Below, one piece after another: positions 39,909-50,963 of a stretch of 64,000 nucleotides of DNA. Source of the DNA: an uncultured virus (IMG/VR IMGVR_UViG_3300034284_002793) (lineage: Duplodnaviria > Heunggongvirae > Uroviricota > Caudoviricetes); IMG/VR virus record IMGVR_UViG_3300034284_002793, positions 62,001 through 126,000 of that record, one strand, 5' to 3'. The notes below the pieces were generated by a model. It saw only the letters and a program-made list of their open reading frames with translations, was not told where the DNA came from and did not search any database. The translations under genes and the position numbers were made by a program. Numbering within the stretch: position 1 is the first letter of the stretch; the number at the start of each line of letters is the position of its first letter.

Positions 39909-41021
39909 TTAACCCACCAATTCTTCTATTGTTGCTCCGCGAAGAAGAGCTTTTATTTCACTCATTGAATTAATACGACCAGCCTCCTCTTTTATTTTCA
40001 TTTTTTCTAGATCAGCTAGGTGTATTGTTTTTTTTCTAAACTCTTCATCTTTCCAAGCTTGTACTAAATTTATAAGCTTTTCAAATCCATCGCTTTTTTC
40101 TTCTAAGCGTTTATTTCTTTTTGTTGTTAAATCGTTATATAATTTTGTTTTAATATTTTCGCATGAATTAAGCTCAGTCTGCAGTACATTTATAGCCTCG
40201 TTCATTTTCATAGAAATTTCTCCTGCGGCCATGGTTGCGCGCAGAGATTCTATTCGCCTTTGAATTTCAGCCGCTCTTACAATTTGATTGCACAAAGTAA
40301 TAAATTGATCCAAATCTTCCTGTGTTAAATCTGGCTTATCATGAGTATATCGAATAAAAGCATCTTCAAAAAGATCTCGATCTCCTTGAATTTTATAAGT
40401 ATTAATTTGATATATGAAGCGAAATATATTTAAATATTTTTTAAGCTGCTGCATTTCAAAAAGCTGTTGTTTTTTTAATACCTCTTCGTTATATCCATAA
40501 TTTAAATATTTATTTACGCGTTCAATTGTTTGTTTTAAAGTTTTTGGTGGTTTATATTCAGAATCTATTAACTCTTCTGGATTATAATTAATATTAACAA
40601 TTTCTAGTTCGTCTTTTGGCTGCGGTATATTATCTCTTTTAATAGTATCTTTAATTTCTTCAATTTTTGCATTAATTGTTCTATACTCTTGACTTAAATT
40701 GGTAAGAGCATCATTATTAAAAAGTTCTTTTGCTATCTCTAGCGCGCTTTTAACTCTAAAATTATTTTGTATATAAATAACCTGCTCTTCTGTTAAATCA
40801 ATAAATCCTTTTAAAATAACCGTTCTTGTTTTAAATTTCAGCCCACTCTCTTTGCAGAAGGCTTTAATTGCCCTAGCTTCTTTTGTTTTTCCATCCAGAG
40901 CATCATTTTCAAAAACACTCTTGACAATGTTTGAAAGTTCAGGCTCCAAATCTACAGAAAAAAAATCAAGCACTTTCTTTTTGTGCTCTTCAGAAAGTTC
41001 AAAATTTACTGAATCAGACAT
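39909..41021 (-). CDS. Hypothetical coiled-coil protein (candidate terminase small subunit)
   Basis: HTH-like middle segment plus coiled coil; two genes upstream of TerL. Confidence 0.4.
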   Translation of the reverse strand: MSDSVNFELSEEHKKKVLDFFSVDLEPELSNIVKSVFENDALDGKTKEARAIKAFCKESGLKFKTRTVILKGFIDLTEEQVIYIQNNFRVKSALEIAKELFNNDALTNLSQEYRTINAKIEEIKDTIKRDNIPQPKDELEIVNINYNPEELIDSEYKPPKTLKQTIERVNKYLNYGYNEEVLKKQQLFEMQQLKKYLNIFRFIYQINTYKIQGDRDLFEDAFIRYTHDKPDLTQEDLDQFITLCNQIVRAAEIQRRIESLRATMAAGEISMKMNEAINVLQTELNSCENIKTKLYNDLTTKRNKRLEEKSDGFEKLINLVQAWKDEEFRKKTIHLADLEKMKIKEEAGRINSMSEIKALLRGATIEELVG

Positions 41022-41022
41022 A

Positions 41023-41706
41023 TTACATTATCATTTCTTTGACAATTTTCTTTGCTTTTATTACAATCTGCGCTCTTATTTTTTTAACAAATTTATATCC
41101 AGTTTTTGTAGATCCATTTTTATAACCAAGCATTGTTATAACTTCTGTTTCTGGATATCCATCTACAAATAAATATGTATAAACCTTTTGCTGAACTGGC
41201 GTTAAAGATTTTAACATTTCGCTATGAACTTTTGGAACAAACGATTCAAAATCAAAACCGCTGGAATCTGATGCGCGAGCATCAAACTCATTGCCCTCAC
41301 CAAAAATTCTTTCATCATTTACGCTAACTGGCAACTTAACATCATAAGCATGTTTCTTTGTTTTCTCCCATTTTGCATAATCAGCACATTTAGAAGATTG
41401 AACATTATATAATTTACAATTATTTCCGCCAGCATTATGTGGACAATTTAAGCATGGTCGGGCATAGTTAGAGTAATTATTTCTAACAAGATTTATAATC
41501 TGATTTGTAATAACAGTATTTAGCCACGGAAGTAGCGCCATCTCTGGATTCCACTTTTCCCATTTTTTAAAAATATGCAGTCTTAACTTTTGCTCTACAT
41601 CATTAAAATCCATCCATGCAATGGATGTTAATTTCCACTGAGAACGTCTTTTAGCTATCTCTTGATTTATTATATCCAAGCAGGACTCGAAAGATGGGCG
41701 TTCCAT
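41023..41706 (-). CDS. Second phage sigma factor (ECF-like) with Cys-rich insert
   Basis: DFNDVEQ..HIFKKW..WLNTVITNQIINLVR (region 2); LTPVQQKVY...EVITMLG (region 4). Confidence 0.7.
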   Translation of the reverse strand: MERPSFESCLDIINQEIAKRRSQWKLTSIAWMDFNDVEQKLRLHIFKKWEKWNPEMALLPWLNTVITNQIINLVRNNYSNYARPCLNCPHNAGGNNCKLYNVQSSKCADYAKWEKTKKHAYDVKLPVSVNDERIFGEGNEFDARASDSSGFDFESFVPKVHSEMLKSLTPVQQKVYTYLFVDGYPETEVITMLGYKNGSTKTGYKFVKKIRAQIVIKAKKIVKEMIM

Positions 41707-41708
41707 AC

Positions 41709-42182
41709 TTATTCTTCGTTATCTATCATATCAATATTATTTTGATAATTTCGACCTGACATCTTAGCTTCAGAAACAAAACTTTCAGGTAGTGTTTTTG
41801 CTATTTTTTTTCTTCCACGCTTTTGCTTCGCTGATTGCTTTATAGATGTAGATTGTTTTTTCTGGCTTGGCTCATCTGATACTAAATCGCCAAGCCTAAT
41901 TCCGTTGCTTTGATTATTTTTTTCTATATTTACATCAAGGCCACGCATTGAACTATAATCACCAATAATTTCAGGATCAAATACTTCATCCACATGATCA
42001 ACGCTATCCTTTTTATTTACAGCGATTGGATTTGTTATATTAACTTGAAATTGATTTGATTTAATAATACTTGTTTGCGGTGCCACAATAGAAAATGAAG
42101 ACCCACAATGAGAACAAAATTTTGGTTTTTGAAATTGGTAAAGGTTTTTACCGCCACACTTTGGACAAAAATAACTTAACAT
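41709..42182 (-). CDS. Zinc-ribbon protein
   Basis: FCPKCG...KPKFCSHCG. Confidence 0.7.
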   Translation of the reverse strand: MLSYFCPKCGGKNLYQFQKPKFCSHCGSSFSIVAPQTSIIKSNQFQVNITNPIAVNKKDSVDHVDEVFDPEIIGDYSSMRGLDVNIEKNNQSNGIRLGDLVSDEPSQKKQSTSIKQSAKQKRGRKKIAKTLPESFVSEAKMSGRNYQNNIDMIDNEE

Positions 42183-42249
42183 AATTAAAATAAATTTATT
42201 ATGTATTATTCTACAAAATAATAGAATAAAAATCTAATTTTAATTTATT

Positions 42250-43101
42250 TTATAATTTTTGGCTTGGGCACCAGCTATCTTGATAAACTTGAGAAATGTT
42301 TGTGCTATGAGCTTTAGTTTTCTTTTCTTTTTCTTTTTCAGCTAATTTGATTGCATCTTCTTTTTTGCGCTCTGTTATTTTTTTAACCACAAATTTGCAA
42401 AGCTCAGATCTTAAAATATCATCCTCTGTAAATTGAAAATGATGGATTCCCATCCTTTTTGATTCTTCGCATGAGAATAATTCAACAATTTTATCAAAAG
42501 CACCCTGTTTATTAAATGGAAGATCTGACTGCGATGAATCTGCACATATAATCATTTTTGTAAATTTTCCAATTCTTGTAAGTAATGTGGCAAACTCTGA
42601 TAATGTGGCGTTTTGCATTTCGTCCATAAGCACTACCCTTGCTGCAAAACTCAGTCCACGACAAAAGTTAATAGGCTGATTTGTAATTCTATTATCTGTT
42701 TTTAATCTTTTTATCTGATCAATTGGCAAAAGTTCTTCTAGCTTGTCAGCAAATGGCATCATATAGACATCATATTTAGATTGCAGATCGCCAGGCAAAT
42801 ATCCAAGCTTTGAATCGGCACTTTCTACAGCCGCTCTAACACATATAATATCAGAGACCTTTTTATCATTTAACATTTGAAGTGCGGCCCTAACAGCAAT
42901 TAATGTTTTGGATGAGCCAGCTGGTCCACTTACAAAAACAATTCTGGCTTCTTTATTATTAATTAAATTAAAAAATTCTTTTTGCTTGCTAGTCCACTCC
43001 AACTCTCTTACTTTTAATTCAAAATCAATTTTGTCTCTTTGATATATTTTTGGACTTTTATCCTCAATACGTACCTTTTTACTTCTTTTTTGATGTGACA
43101 T
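42250..43101 (-). CDS. phoH: PhoH-family ATPase
   Basis: GPAGSSKT, LGYLPG, RGLSF, DEMQN, LTRIG, QSDL and DILRS motifs. Confidence 0.93.
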   Translation of the reverse strand: MSHQKRSKKVRIEDKSPKIYQRDKIDFELKVRELEWTSKQKEFFNLINNKEARIVFVSGPAGSSKTLIAVRAALQMLNDKKVSDIICVRAAVESADSKLGYLPGDLQSKYDVYMMPFADKLEELLPIDQIKRLKTDNRITNQPINFCRGLSFAARVVLMDEMQNATLSEFATLLTRIGKFTKMIICADSSQSDLPFNKQGAFDKIVELFSCEESKRMGIHHFQFTEDDILRSELCKFVVKKITERKKEDAIKLAEKEKEKKTKAHSTNISQVYQDSWCPSQKL

Positions 43102-43222
43102 ACGCTTAATAGCAATTACATTGTTTTAATTACAAATAATATCATTTTTCATTTAATTGAATAATTAATATTTAAATTTATAATATAGGTGTATCGCGCT
43201 ATAAGATCTGTAATATTTACCA

Positions 43223-44419
43223 ATGCCAACAAATTTTCAACAGTCAAAAGATGTTCTTCACCCATTAGCGTTTGAATTTATAAATAAATGTAAAAATTTA
43301 AATGCCCAGCTCGATGCATCCGAAATAAATGCAATTGATTTTTTAACAAGGCAACTTTTACAAAACAATCTTTGGGATAAATTCAAAGCAATATACCCAT
43401 TTGTTGGAAAAAGCTCACAAACACATTCTTTAAATTTAAAAAATTTACAGAGGCATACTATAGTGTGGTATAATCAAAATGATTTAAAACACGATAAATT
43501 TGGAGTTACAAATAGCAATATTGGATATGGCAACACTATGGTTGCCCCAAGCTGGTTTAGTGATAATGATATACATATATCAGTATATAACTCGACGTAT
43601 TGGCAAAACACAAATGATACCGCTCCAATAATAGGATCTTCACCCGCAAGTGACCCGACTAAGGGATGGATGCATACAATTTACTTAAGGTCATTAGCTC
43701 CTATTTTAAATTCACAAATAAATACATTATGGGACAGGGCACCAATCTTCACCTATTCCTGTGGTTATTCATCCAATTCATCAGTGAGATTTGCAGGAAC
43801 AGATGGTTCAGAGTTTCAACATGTAGAAACGTATGGTTTTATTGTTGGTGTAAATGGCATAAAATGCTATGTGAATGGAAATTTATATGGAAGACAGGGG
43901 GTAATTAACGATGTCTCAACGCAACCAATAAATCAAGTATCAACCAGAACTGTAAATGGAAATACCGCTCAAATACCAAACATATCTCAATTTCCATTCT
44001 TGTTATTCACAAATGGCAGATTCACGTCTACTAATGGACAAGCAAGGGCAAATATAAGATTTGCAAGTATTGGATATGAATTAACAGATCAAGAGAATAA
44101 AGTTTTATATAATATTATTCAAGAGTTCCAAAAAATACTTGGAAGAAGTGTTGAGCCAATAATATTAAAAACATTCCAGCAAAATCTTATAGACCAATAT
44201 TTAACATTAAATATTAAAATAAATAAAATTTTTATACAACCAACAAAGCCATATCGTGAATATTTAAATATTGAAATGCCACCAAAACAACAAAAGAAAA
44301 TAAATGCGCTTTCAGCAAGCGTAGATATTTCAAGAATCGAAGTTTTCGGCCCAGTGCGGGTATTTTGCGCAGATACTTCAAAAACAACCGTATCAATACA
44401 GTCTTTAGTAGAATTATAA
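43223..44419 (+). CDS. Virion protein (LWDKFKAIYPFVG family, LamG-like)
   Basis: Paralogous to the 47572 gene and to domains of the 50964 gene. Confidence 0.6.
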   Translation: MPTNFQQSKDVLHPLAFEFINKCKNLNAQLDASEINAIDFLTRQLLQNNLWDKFKAIYPFVGKSSQTHSLNLKNLQRHTIVWYNQNDLKHDKFGVTNSNIGYGNTMVAPSWFSDNDIHISVYNSTYWQNTNDTAPIIGSSPASDPTKGWMHTIYLRSLAPILNSQINTLWDRAPIFTYSCGYSSNSSVRFAGTDGSEFQHVETYGFIVGVNGIKCYVNGNLYGRQGVINDVSTQPINQVSTRTVNGNTAQIPNISQFPFLLFTNGRFTSTNGQARANIRFASIGYELTDQENKVLYNIIQEFQKILGRSVEPIILKTFQQNLIDQYLTLNIKINKIFIQPTKPYREYLNIEMPPKQQKKINALSASVDISRIEVFGPVRVFCADTSKTTVSIQSLVEL

Positions 44420-45538
44420 ATGAATATTTTAGTCAAACAATTTCAAGAATTTTATAAAGAACCACAAACCAAAGTGTGTGGAAAATGGAATATTTCTATT
44501 TTAGATAGAAACGGTAACGAATCTTTTCCATTTGGAAAAGAAATGAAAAAAAATCTGATATTAAATCAAGGCTTAGATCTGTTAATTGCTGGCAAATATT
44601 ATGGCGAATATTCAATTTTTAACTGGAATACAATACCATCATTTTTAATTGGTGGCGCTGTATATGGAAACGGATTGCTGCCAGCAAATGAATCTGACAT
44701 ATCATTAACAAATGAAATTGCAGAAACTTCTATAATTAATGATGATTCTTGTAGCATTACAGATAATTATACGAACGGAACGCGCACGTACAGAAAGGTA
44801 TATGACTTTCCAACAATAGAGATTGGAGATCCGAATACTCAAATTAGTGAAGTTGGCCTATTTTCAAACTGGCGAAATAATAAAACTCTTTTTTCAAAAT
44901 TTCTTTTACCAAGAGTTTTGCGGCTAGATTATGGGCAATGGATTAGATTATTTTATGATTTTACAATTGGTTCGGATATGATTGTAACCCCAAATAATAT
45001 TAATTTATCGTCAGGCAGTTTTAACGCGTCTGGTTTAATGAAATTATGCGGAAGATTTGATGATATATTTGGCAGTTTTGATGCGAATGGGAACCCTGTA
45101 ATTGTTTTCGGAGATTCTCCTCGTGCTTCTTTTATACCATTTTATGAAAATTTTTGCGCCGAGATATCCACATGTCAAACAGAATGTTTTGGAACCGCAT
45201 ATTTGTTAGCGCCAGGGATAAGCAACTTTAACGATACAAACACAAAAATCATATCCGAATGGATTGGCAATAGATTAGAAAAAAATTTAAATACAATAAA
45301 TCCATCAGAATATATAGATGGAAATTTTTATAGAGATATTGAATATATATTTGATTATAATAATCCAATTTATAATGAATTAACTGAAGGAATATTATTT
45401 ACAGTCCTTCGTGGTTCTGATACTAGCCCAAGACAAAACACAATTGATGGGTGGTTGTGGAAATTTAATAATGGTCAAATTAAACAATCATCAAAAAAAA
45501 TTGTAATAGGATTAAGACAATCTATAAATAGAATATAA
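44420..45538 (+). CDS. Virion protein, paralog family A
   Basis: Shares GKW..KNLI..G, YDF, LRLxYD, GxxKL and WKF blocks with the 45539 and 54817 genes. Confidence 0.6.
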   Translation: MNILVKQFQEFYKEPQTKVCGKWNISILDRNGNESFPFGKEMKKNLILNQGLDLLIAGKYYGEYSIFNWNTIPSFLIGGAVYGNGLLPANESDISLTNEIAETSIINDDSCSITDNYTNGTRTYRKVYDFPTIEIGDPNTQISEVGLFSNWRNNKTLFSKFLLPRVLRLDYGQWIRLFYDFTIGSDMIVTPNNINLSSGSFNASGLMKLCGRFDDIFGSFDANGNPVIVFGDSPRASFIPFYENFCAEISTCQTECFGTAYLLAPGISNFNDTNTKIISEWIGNRLEKNLNTINPSEYIDGNFYRDIEYIFDYNNPIYNELTEGILFTVLRGSDTSPRQNTIDGWLWKFNNGQIKQSSKKIVIGLRQSINRI

Positions 45539-47575
45539 ATGAATACCGCGAATATAAATACATATTTTGGTGCAAAGTGGAATATCGAAGTATGTAAGTC
45601 TGGTGAAAATGGTATAGAATCTTATTTTCCATTAGGTGAAAAACTTAAAAATAATATGATTCTAGATCATTGGCTAGAATCACTTATTTATTTATATTCT
45701 CCTTCTGGTGGGGCAGTAAAGGCATATTGCGATAATGGGCTATCATTGGCAGGAATAACAAGAGGAGCAATGCATATAGGTGCAGGTTCCATCCCGCCAA
45801 ACTATCAACAAACTGGATTACAAATTCCATTAAAATCAACTTCATATATAAGGCCATTTTTTAATCAATGCACGGGCATTTATTATCCAGAATCAGGCAT
45901 GGCCGTTATTAGTAAAAATTACGACTTTGGTATTGAAAATAATATAGTAACTTATTCAGAAGCTGGATTTCGGCCTGGCATTGCTGATGCGTTACCTACC
46001 GGAAAAAGAAATTGGCTATGGTCAAGATTTGTATTTACTAAAGAGACTGGAGTTTCTGGATATATATATGCAAACAGCGGAAGTATGGGAATTACTGGAA
46101 TGGATCTTAGCGGTGTATTTGTAGATAATAATCAGTATGATTTAAGAAAACCAACGGATCCACTTTATAATGGACTTAGTGGATTGCCATCATTTGAATT
46201 GGGATGGAGATATAACTGGCCAGAAAATTCTGGTATGTTTTTAATTGATCAAAGCGGCAGCACTACAGGTTTTGTTTATAACCCTAAAAATATTACAGAG
46301 CTAGTAACTGGATTTATAAGTGGATATTTAAGTGGCGGAAATTTTTATCCATTTACATTATCATCTTATCCAGCAGAATCAAGTGGACTTAGTGGAATTT
46401 ATTTGCAAGATGGGATAACAAATACTTTATATTTTTCATCTGGTGGATTTAATGAATTTTCTGGATTCACTGGAAAATATTTTAATACGAGTAGTGGATT
46501 TCAATACACTGGATTCGATCAAGGCTATTCTTTATACGGTAGTGGTTTTTATCCAACTAGCGGGATATTAACTGGTAGCATGACAGGAATTATTGGCTCA
46601 AGAAACGTACTAAAACTTGACGGGTATATTACAGGAACTATTGGATTTAAAAATATTACAAACCCAATAACTTTAAGCACAGGAGAATTTTTAAAATTAA
46701 GATATGATGTTTATATGCAGATACCTGCAATAGTTAACCCAATTTTAGTTACCGGCGACGATATAACTCATGGAGAATTTAACGGAAGCGGTCAATTAAA
46801 ACTAATAGGCAAACAAACAAGCATGTTTGGCACAATCGATGGGGATGGAAAAGTTACCCCAGGTATTGGAATTTGGTGGCCACTTCATAGAACAAACTAT
46901 TCAAAATATAGCCGAAGCCAATGGGATAATCTGGCGGAACCAAATGCTCACTTATCTGCATTAATGGTAGCAAGTGGAGTTAGCGGTGGTGGGGTAAATT
47001 TTAATGACTCTTTTCCAGAAACAAACACAACCTCTCCAATTGTTAGCGCGCAGCTTGATGATGAAATACGTTTTTGTGATACTCTTGAGCCAAAAATTGG
47101 AGACTGTGGAACCGGACTAAATAAACGATCTTATTTTGAAAAACGATACTATTCAAGCAAAGGATTAATGCAAAGCCCTTCATGGCCACTATACTCACAT
47201 TCTGGTGTGCGCGTGTACAATTATATAGCGCATAACCGTCCATCTGCAATATGGCCAAAAAGCATAGATATTCAAATGATTTTTCCTGGACCTTATCCAA
47301 ATCAAGATACTGGAATTAATGGTTTTTCTATATGTGGCGCATCAGAAGGAACGGTTTGCGGTGGAAGAACCATTGCGGATGGTCAAGGAAACGCATATAG
47401 ACCCGAGCAATACATTAAGCCTACTTTATACGAAAATACAGGGGCGTATCTTGATTGCGGATTAACACTTCCATACTCTGCGTGGTATTATAAATTCAAC
47501 AATCCACAAATGAAATATGAAGATCAAATAATTAATTTATATTTAACATTTTCTTTGGATAGAATAACTGTATGA
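45539..47575 (+). CDS. Virion protein, paralog family A with nested SG-rich insert
   Basis: Family A blocks interrupted by a ~200-aa Gly/Ser/Phe-rich segment. Confidence 0.6.
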   Translation: MNTANINTYFGAKWNIEVCKSGENGIESYFPLGEKLKNNMILDHWLESLIYLYSPSGGAVKAYCDNGLSLAGITRGAMHIGAGSIPPNYQQTGLQIPLKSTSYIRPFFNQCTGIYYPESGMAVISKNYDFGIENNIVTYSEAGFRPGIADALPTGKRNWLWSRFVFTKETGVSGYIYANSGSMGITGMDLSGVFVDNNQYDLRKPTDPLYNGLSGLPSFELGWRYNWPENSGMFLIDQSGSTTGFVYNPKNITELVTGFISGYLSGGNFYPFTLSSYPAESSGLSGIYLQDGITNTLYFSSGGFNEFSGFTGKYFNTSSGFQYTGFDQGYSLYGSGFYPTSGILTGSMTGIIGSRNVLKLDGYITGTIGFKNITNPITLSTGEFLKLRYDVYMQIPAIVNPILVTGDDITHGEFNGSGQLKLIGKQTSMFGTIDGDGKVTPGIGIWWPLHRTNYSKYSRSQWDNLAEPNAHLSALMVASGVSGGGVNFNDSFPETNTTSPIVSAQLDDEIRFCDTLEPKIGDCGTGLNKRSYFEKRYYSSKGLMQSPSWPLYSHSGVRVYNYIAHNRPSAIWPKSIDIQMIFPGPYPNQDTGINGFSICGASEGTVCGGRTIADGQGNAYRPEQYIKPTLYENTGAYLDCGLTLPYSAWYYKFNNPQMKYEDQIINLYLTFSLDRITV

Positions 47576-48438
47576 TTATAGCCAATCAAAGATCTTCTGA
47601 AAAGCATAAATTCATACTTGTAGCCAATCAGTATTTTTCGCTAATTAATAAGCCACGAAACCTTCCAACTTACCAAATAGGGGCAATAACAGAATTGATA
47701 AACGCACTGTACGAATCAAATTTATGGGAAAAATTTGTTGCAGTATATCCATTCGTTGGCGATGGTAGTTCTGAAAAAAACAGTTTAAATTTAATAGATC
47801 CATATAAATATAAAATTAGCTGGAGCGGATCTATTATATTTAATAAATTTGGTATTAATGGAAATGGTGGGATAGGATTGACAGGAATTAAATTGGTTGA
47901 TTTAAGCGATTTTACAAACGTTCATTTAAGCGCGTATACGCGCACAGCAATAACCAATACTATTGGGCGAGGAAGACTTATTGGGGCAAATACACAAAAT
48001 AGACTTGTTGCCATAAGAGACGTTGGCGCGCTAGAAATAAATTATAATAAAGAAAATGGTATAGTTGGATTTGTTTATAATGTGCTAAACAATAGCGGTG
48101 GATTTGGTATGATTTATGAAAATATGTTAAATAATTCAATTTCTGGAAATGGCTTTTTAATAGCAAATAACAACAATAAAGAAAAAAAATACGCAAAATG
48201 TTATCTCAATGGTTCTATTTTTGGAGAGCAATTTCCATTACTTCCAACAGAAATACACACAGCAAACCAGAGAACGTTAACAATATTTGGAGATGGGTAT
48301 GAAAACCTAAACACATCACCACTACGAGCCAATATTGCATTTGCCAGTATTGGATACGGTCTTTCAGATAATGATATATTTAATTTTAATAAAATAGTAC
48401 AATCTTTTCAGGTGGCAATGGATAGATCAGTAATGTAA
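47572..48438 (+). CDS. Virion protein, paralog of 43223
   Basis: LWEKFVAVYPFVG and RANIAFASIGYGL. Confidence 0.6.
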   Translation: MIIANQRSSEKHKFILVANQYFSLINKPRNLPTYQIGAITELINALYESNLWEKFVAVYPFVGDGSSEKNSLNLIDPYKYKISWSGSIIFNKFGINGNGGIGLTGIKLVDLSDFTNVHLSAYTRTAITNTIGRGRLIGANTQNRLVAIRDVGALEINYNKENGIVGFVYNVLNNSGGFGMIYENMLNNSISGNGFLIANNNNKEKKYAKCYLNGSIFGEQFPLLPTEIHTANQRTLTIFGDGYENLNTSPLRANIAFASIGYGLSDNDIFNFNKIVQSFQVAMDRSVM

Positions 48439-48446
48439 TAAAAATA

Positions 48447-50957
48447 ATGGCAAGCGTTTTTTCAATTGAGAGTATCAACCTAAATGGCGATATATTAACC
48501 GCAAATAATGGCAGTTTATATATTAACAATAATTTAGTAAAAAATACATCTGGAATACAACTTTCAGATAGATTTTTTATAAAAGGCTATGCTCCGATAT
48601 CATTTTACTCCAAATGGCCACAGCAAGGAGATTATTTAAATGAAACGTATTTGAATGATTTTTTTATGGCTACTGGAATGCTTGTAACATGCAGCCAGCC
48701 AAGTACCGGAAATCAAATATTTTGGGGTGGATTTTATCAACGCCCAGCATCATCATCAATAGATACAACTGTATTTGCAAACTTTGAATTACAACCAAAG
48801 CAAATCATACAGCATAACCCTATAAATTATAAAATTGAACGTGACAGAATTATAGGGCTAAATATATATAATGCACCCGAAGATATGCGCTCTATCTCAA
48901 TTCATTTGTTGGGATATTTTCCAGCAGCAGCTCATTTTGATAGGATGCCTAAGCAAATTAATTTTTATGCAAAAAATGCTCCTATCTATGGAGACAGTAT
49001 TCATGAAGAATATTCTCAATGGGATTCGCTATATACTGGTGTTGGAATATACTGCTCAACGACTGGAATTGACAAATTAACATACACCCAACTAATAACT
49101 GGATATATTAGTGGCGTAGCTCAAAATGAACCATTATATGTATTATCTAAAAGTTTAGCAAAACAAAAATGCGACCCATGCGATCCAGATATGGATTTTT
49201 CATCATGGAGTGGTTATTATTTAAATGAAAATAAAATAAATTTTCCAACAGGAAATAATTTTTCTGGACTATCTGGGCAAAATGGATTTTCCAACACTTC
49301 TGGCTTTTCATATACAGGATTTCAAATATTAAACAATCAAACAATATTAAATGGAATATATAGCGGCTACGGAGATTCACTATTTGGATCTGGGGAAATG
49401 TTGCAAAGTATAGGATGGAGAAGTGGGGCTTTTATAGAGCCAATATCTGGATTTGTAAGCGGCTATACTGATCAATACGGCACATTCAAACGCCTTTCCA
49501 TTATTACCACTGGAGTTTCCGGCTCTGGGATAGATACTGGAATATTTAGGCTAGACTTAACTGGGTTTGTAATTGGATCAAGTGGTTACTTTATTAATGG
49601 TAAAAAATATTTTTTTCCATCAGATAGGCCAATTTCTTATAATATAGTTGGTTTCATGAGTGGCTATATGGATTCTATCGGTCGATTTTCAGGTTTTCAA
49701 AATCTAAATATCATATCAGGATCAAGTGGATATTTTATAAATACACCATCCGATTATGTGCAAGTATTTTTTCCTACTGGAAACTCTTTCAATAACTTTA
49801 TTGGTATGTATGGAATTTATACTGGTAGCGGATACTCATCATATCATACTGGATTTTCATTTCCTCTTGGAAGTGGATTTTCTGGAATTGACGGGCTGAC
49901 ATCGAATACTTATGGCATTATGACTGGCATAATTGGAGCAGCAAACATTTTCATTCCATTTTCTGGATTTTCTGGACGACCAAATGTTGATATTGGTTTG
50001 GGCTTTGATTATAGCGGATTGCGAGGAGATTTATACAAGACTTCATTTTCTGGACAAAGCTATGATGGTTTTGGATATACTGGTCAATTAATTTCTATAT
50101 TTGGAAAAAGAAATGTTTCTGGGAGGCAAGACATAACTGGCTTTGTTAGAACTGATGCAAAAATAAATTTTATACCCACAGCATCTTCACCAACAGTTTC
50201 TGGCATAAGTGGATACTATTTGGACAATAATATATATAGATTTCCAATAGGCCCATTCTATCCGCCATATTATGAATTTCCAAAATTTGATGATAACCCT
50301 GCATTTACAAAGTACGGAAATAGTTATAGTGGATTCTATCCATTTGAAAGCGGGTTCAGCGGTTTTGGAGTTACTGGAATTAGAAAAGAATATATAATTG
50401 GGTTTATAAGTGGATACAAGGATGTATTTGAACAATTTTTCCAATTTACAGGACCAAGTGGCAGTAGCGGATTTATAACTGGAAGTCAAAAATTTTTCTT
50501 TCCATCCGGTTCGCAATTTTCTGGATTTTCTGGATTTTCTGGATTTGATAATAATTTAGGATTTTTATATTCAGGCTTTAGCTCAAATCCTTATAGAAAT
50601 GAAAATTTTATTGGAGATATTTATTCCACATCTGGATCTGGAATAATCACTGGAATTGTTGGTTGGAGAAATGTTGAGTTTGTTACAAAAGAATATGGTA
50701 CTGGAATAATGACAGGCTTTATTGGTAGTAGAAATGCCCCATACTCTGGCATATTGACTGGAAATTTTTACCATAAAGATAAATTTAGCAATAAAATAAT
50801 TGGACCAAAATTTGGTTTAAATACTGGACAATTATATAATGAATCATTTGGTATTGGATTTAAAGTTCCTTATGGAAATAGGGTAGGAATTGATTTGTAC
50901 AATCCACTATCTGGAATATCAGACATAAATATAACTATGTTTGGTTACTATGAATAA
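48447..50957 (+). CDS. Large Gly/Ser-rich virion protein
   Basis: Two repeats like those of the 32257 gene, the second split by a ~550-aa SG-rich repeat region. Confidence 0.6.
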   Translation: MASVFSIESINLNGDILTANNGSLYINNNLVKNTSGIQLSDRFFIKGYAPISFYSKWPQQGDYLNETYLNDFFMATGMLVTCSQPSTGNQIFWGGFYQRPASSSIDTTVFANFELQPKQIIQHNPINYKIERDRIIGLNIYNAPEDMRSISIHLLGYFPAAAHFDRMPKQINFYAKNAPIYGDSIHEEYSQWDSLYTGVGIYCSTTGIDKLTYTQLITGYISGVAQNEPLYVLSKSLAKQKCDPCDPDMDFSSWSGYYLNENKINFPTGNNFSGLSGQNGFSNTSGFSYTGFQILNNQTILNGIYSGYGDSLFGSGEMLQSIGWRSGAFIEPISGFVSGYTDQYGTFKRLSIITTGVSGSGIDTGIFRLDLTGFVIGSSGYFINGKKYFFPSDRPISYNIVGFMSGYMDSIGRFSGFQNLNIISGSSGYFINTPSDYVQVFFPTGNSFNNFIGMYGIYTGSGYSSYHTGFSFPLGSGFSGIDGLTSNTYGIMTGIIGAANIFIPFSGFSGRPNVDIGLGFDYSGLRGDLYKTSFSGQSYDGFGYTGQLISIFGKRNVSGRQDITGFVRTDAKINFIPTASSPTVSGISGYYLDNNIYRFPIGPFYPPYYEFPKFDDNPAFTKYGNSYSGFYPFESGFSGFGVTGIRKEYIIGFISGYKDVFEQFFQFTGPSGSSGFITGSQKFFFPSGSQFSGFSGFSGFDNNLGFLYSGFSSNPYRNENFIGDIYSTSGSGIITGIVGWRNVEFVTKEYGTGIMTGFIGSRNAPYSGILTGNFYHKDKFSNKIIGPKFGLNTGQLYNESFGIGFKVPYGNRVGIDLYNPLSGISDINITMFGYYE

Positions 50958-50963
50958 TATGTT

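Noticed and set aside
41022..48439. TGTAAT at 41022 and 48434 as late promoters
   Set aside because: Both arise from an ATG-TAA gene end, so they may be coincidental; not counted
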